Positions 63,078 to 64,000 of a stretch of DNA of 64,000 nt are shown here, one piece after another. Location of the stretch: the NCBI GenBank assembly GCA_000388065.2, contig KB932207.1, one strand, 5' to 3'. Numbering within the stretch: the stretch's first letter is position 1; the number at the start of each line of letters is the position of its first letter. Below the pieces are notes generated by a model that was not told the DNA's origin, did not search any database, and saw only the letters and a program-made list of their open reading frames with translations. The stretch is from Fonticula alba ATCC 38817. Taxonomy: Eukaryota; Protista; Nucleariida. Made by a program: the position numbers and the translations under genes.

Positions 63078-64000
63078 GAAGAAGCCGGGCCGGGGACAGG
63101 GGGATGCACCACCGTTCGGCGGCGGTGCAACGAGGCTCACATGCCAATTCTCAGCTGGGCATGCCGACGATGGGTTTGTCGGGGTGACGCTCCGCATCGG
63201 CCTGCTGCCGCGGTGACCGTGGCCGCCGCCACTGCCATCGGGTGCCGCGGAACCCGATGCCCGGCTGCCCTCGCTCGCCCGAGAGAGCGGCTTGTCGGGG
63301 GCAGGCCGGGGGAGGAGGGCATTGTCTAAGCGCGCGCGCGCCCACGCACAAGGTTGGCGCCCACAATCTCGACCCGGAGCGTGTGCGAGCCTCGGCGGTG
63401 GCGAACATTCCGCGCGTTGGTGCGTGCGCGCGCATGTACGCGCGTGGCGTCTGCGGGTGTGGATGCACGCGCGCCAGACGCCTGAGGAGGTGTGGCGTGC
63501 GGGTGGCCGTGTCGCCACCTGCCCGTCGGGGAGAGGCGCCTTATGTGCGAGCCGGGGCCGGGCGTCGTCCGCCTGCTGTTTGTCGCCGCCTCCTCTCCCC
63601 GGGCAGGTGGAGGCCGGGGGGCGGGGGTGAGGGGGGTCGGGCGTCGTCTGGGTGGGACCCCCGCGCACACGCGCGCGCGCGCGCGCGCGGGCTCCACGCT
63701 TCCCCGCCCCCAGGGGGATCGGACGCAAAAGGCTGCGTGTGCCGTGCGGCAGAGGACGCCCCGCCAGCAGCTCTGGACTGGCGGGGCCTCGCGCGCCTTT
63801 GCATGCGNNNNNNNNNNGGGGGGGCGGGCGGAGGCTGTGACTTCCTGGTACTCGGCGAACGCCCGGACGAGTTGCCACCGCGCTCTCTGTCCAGGGTCGC
63901 GGGTCGTCCCACGCCGGCCGGCGAGAATTCATTTAACGCCTCTCGGGAAACGCCCTTCCAAGTAGCAGGGCCGTTTCTCGGAGCACACGGCCCATTGGTG

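Overview
A GC-rich, intron-containing eukaryotic scaffold segment with 12 N-gaps. The gene set, codon bias, poly-G/C runs and GTGCGT/GTACGT donors suggest a protist-grade opisthokont, possibly Fonticula alba (inference, not verified). I reconstructed 16 protein-coding genes by hand from GT-AG phase and family motifs: UTP10/HEATR1 (5' end outside the window), YhhN/TMEM86, a RING-less Dma1/SLMAP-type FHA protein, ornithine aminotransferase, a 1431-aa membrane-anchored alpha/beta-hydrolase, a GSP26/Bli-3-like protein, MRPL47, TBL1/SIF2, ENY2/Sus1 (not visible in the ORF track), mitochondrial PheRS, an M16C-like metallopeptidase, an SLC25 carrier, WRAP53/TCAB1, a divergent eIF5A, kinesin-14 and a PGRMC/Dap1 protein. 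I found no tRNA, rRNA, CRISPR array or transposon. The most interesting signals: (1) the FHA protein carries nine copies of its own Thr-centred motif, a candidate phospho-Thr self-ligand switch; (2) 36 of 40 inferred 5' splice sites have C at +4 and none has A; (3) the hydrolase core is split by about 900 aa of insertions, including an acidic Phe-to-Tyr graded tract; (4) eIF5A has an altered hypusine loop. Untrimmed Illumina adapters with flanking duplications inside UTP10 create a false stop, which is an assembly artefact.
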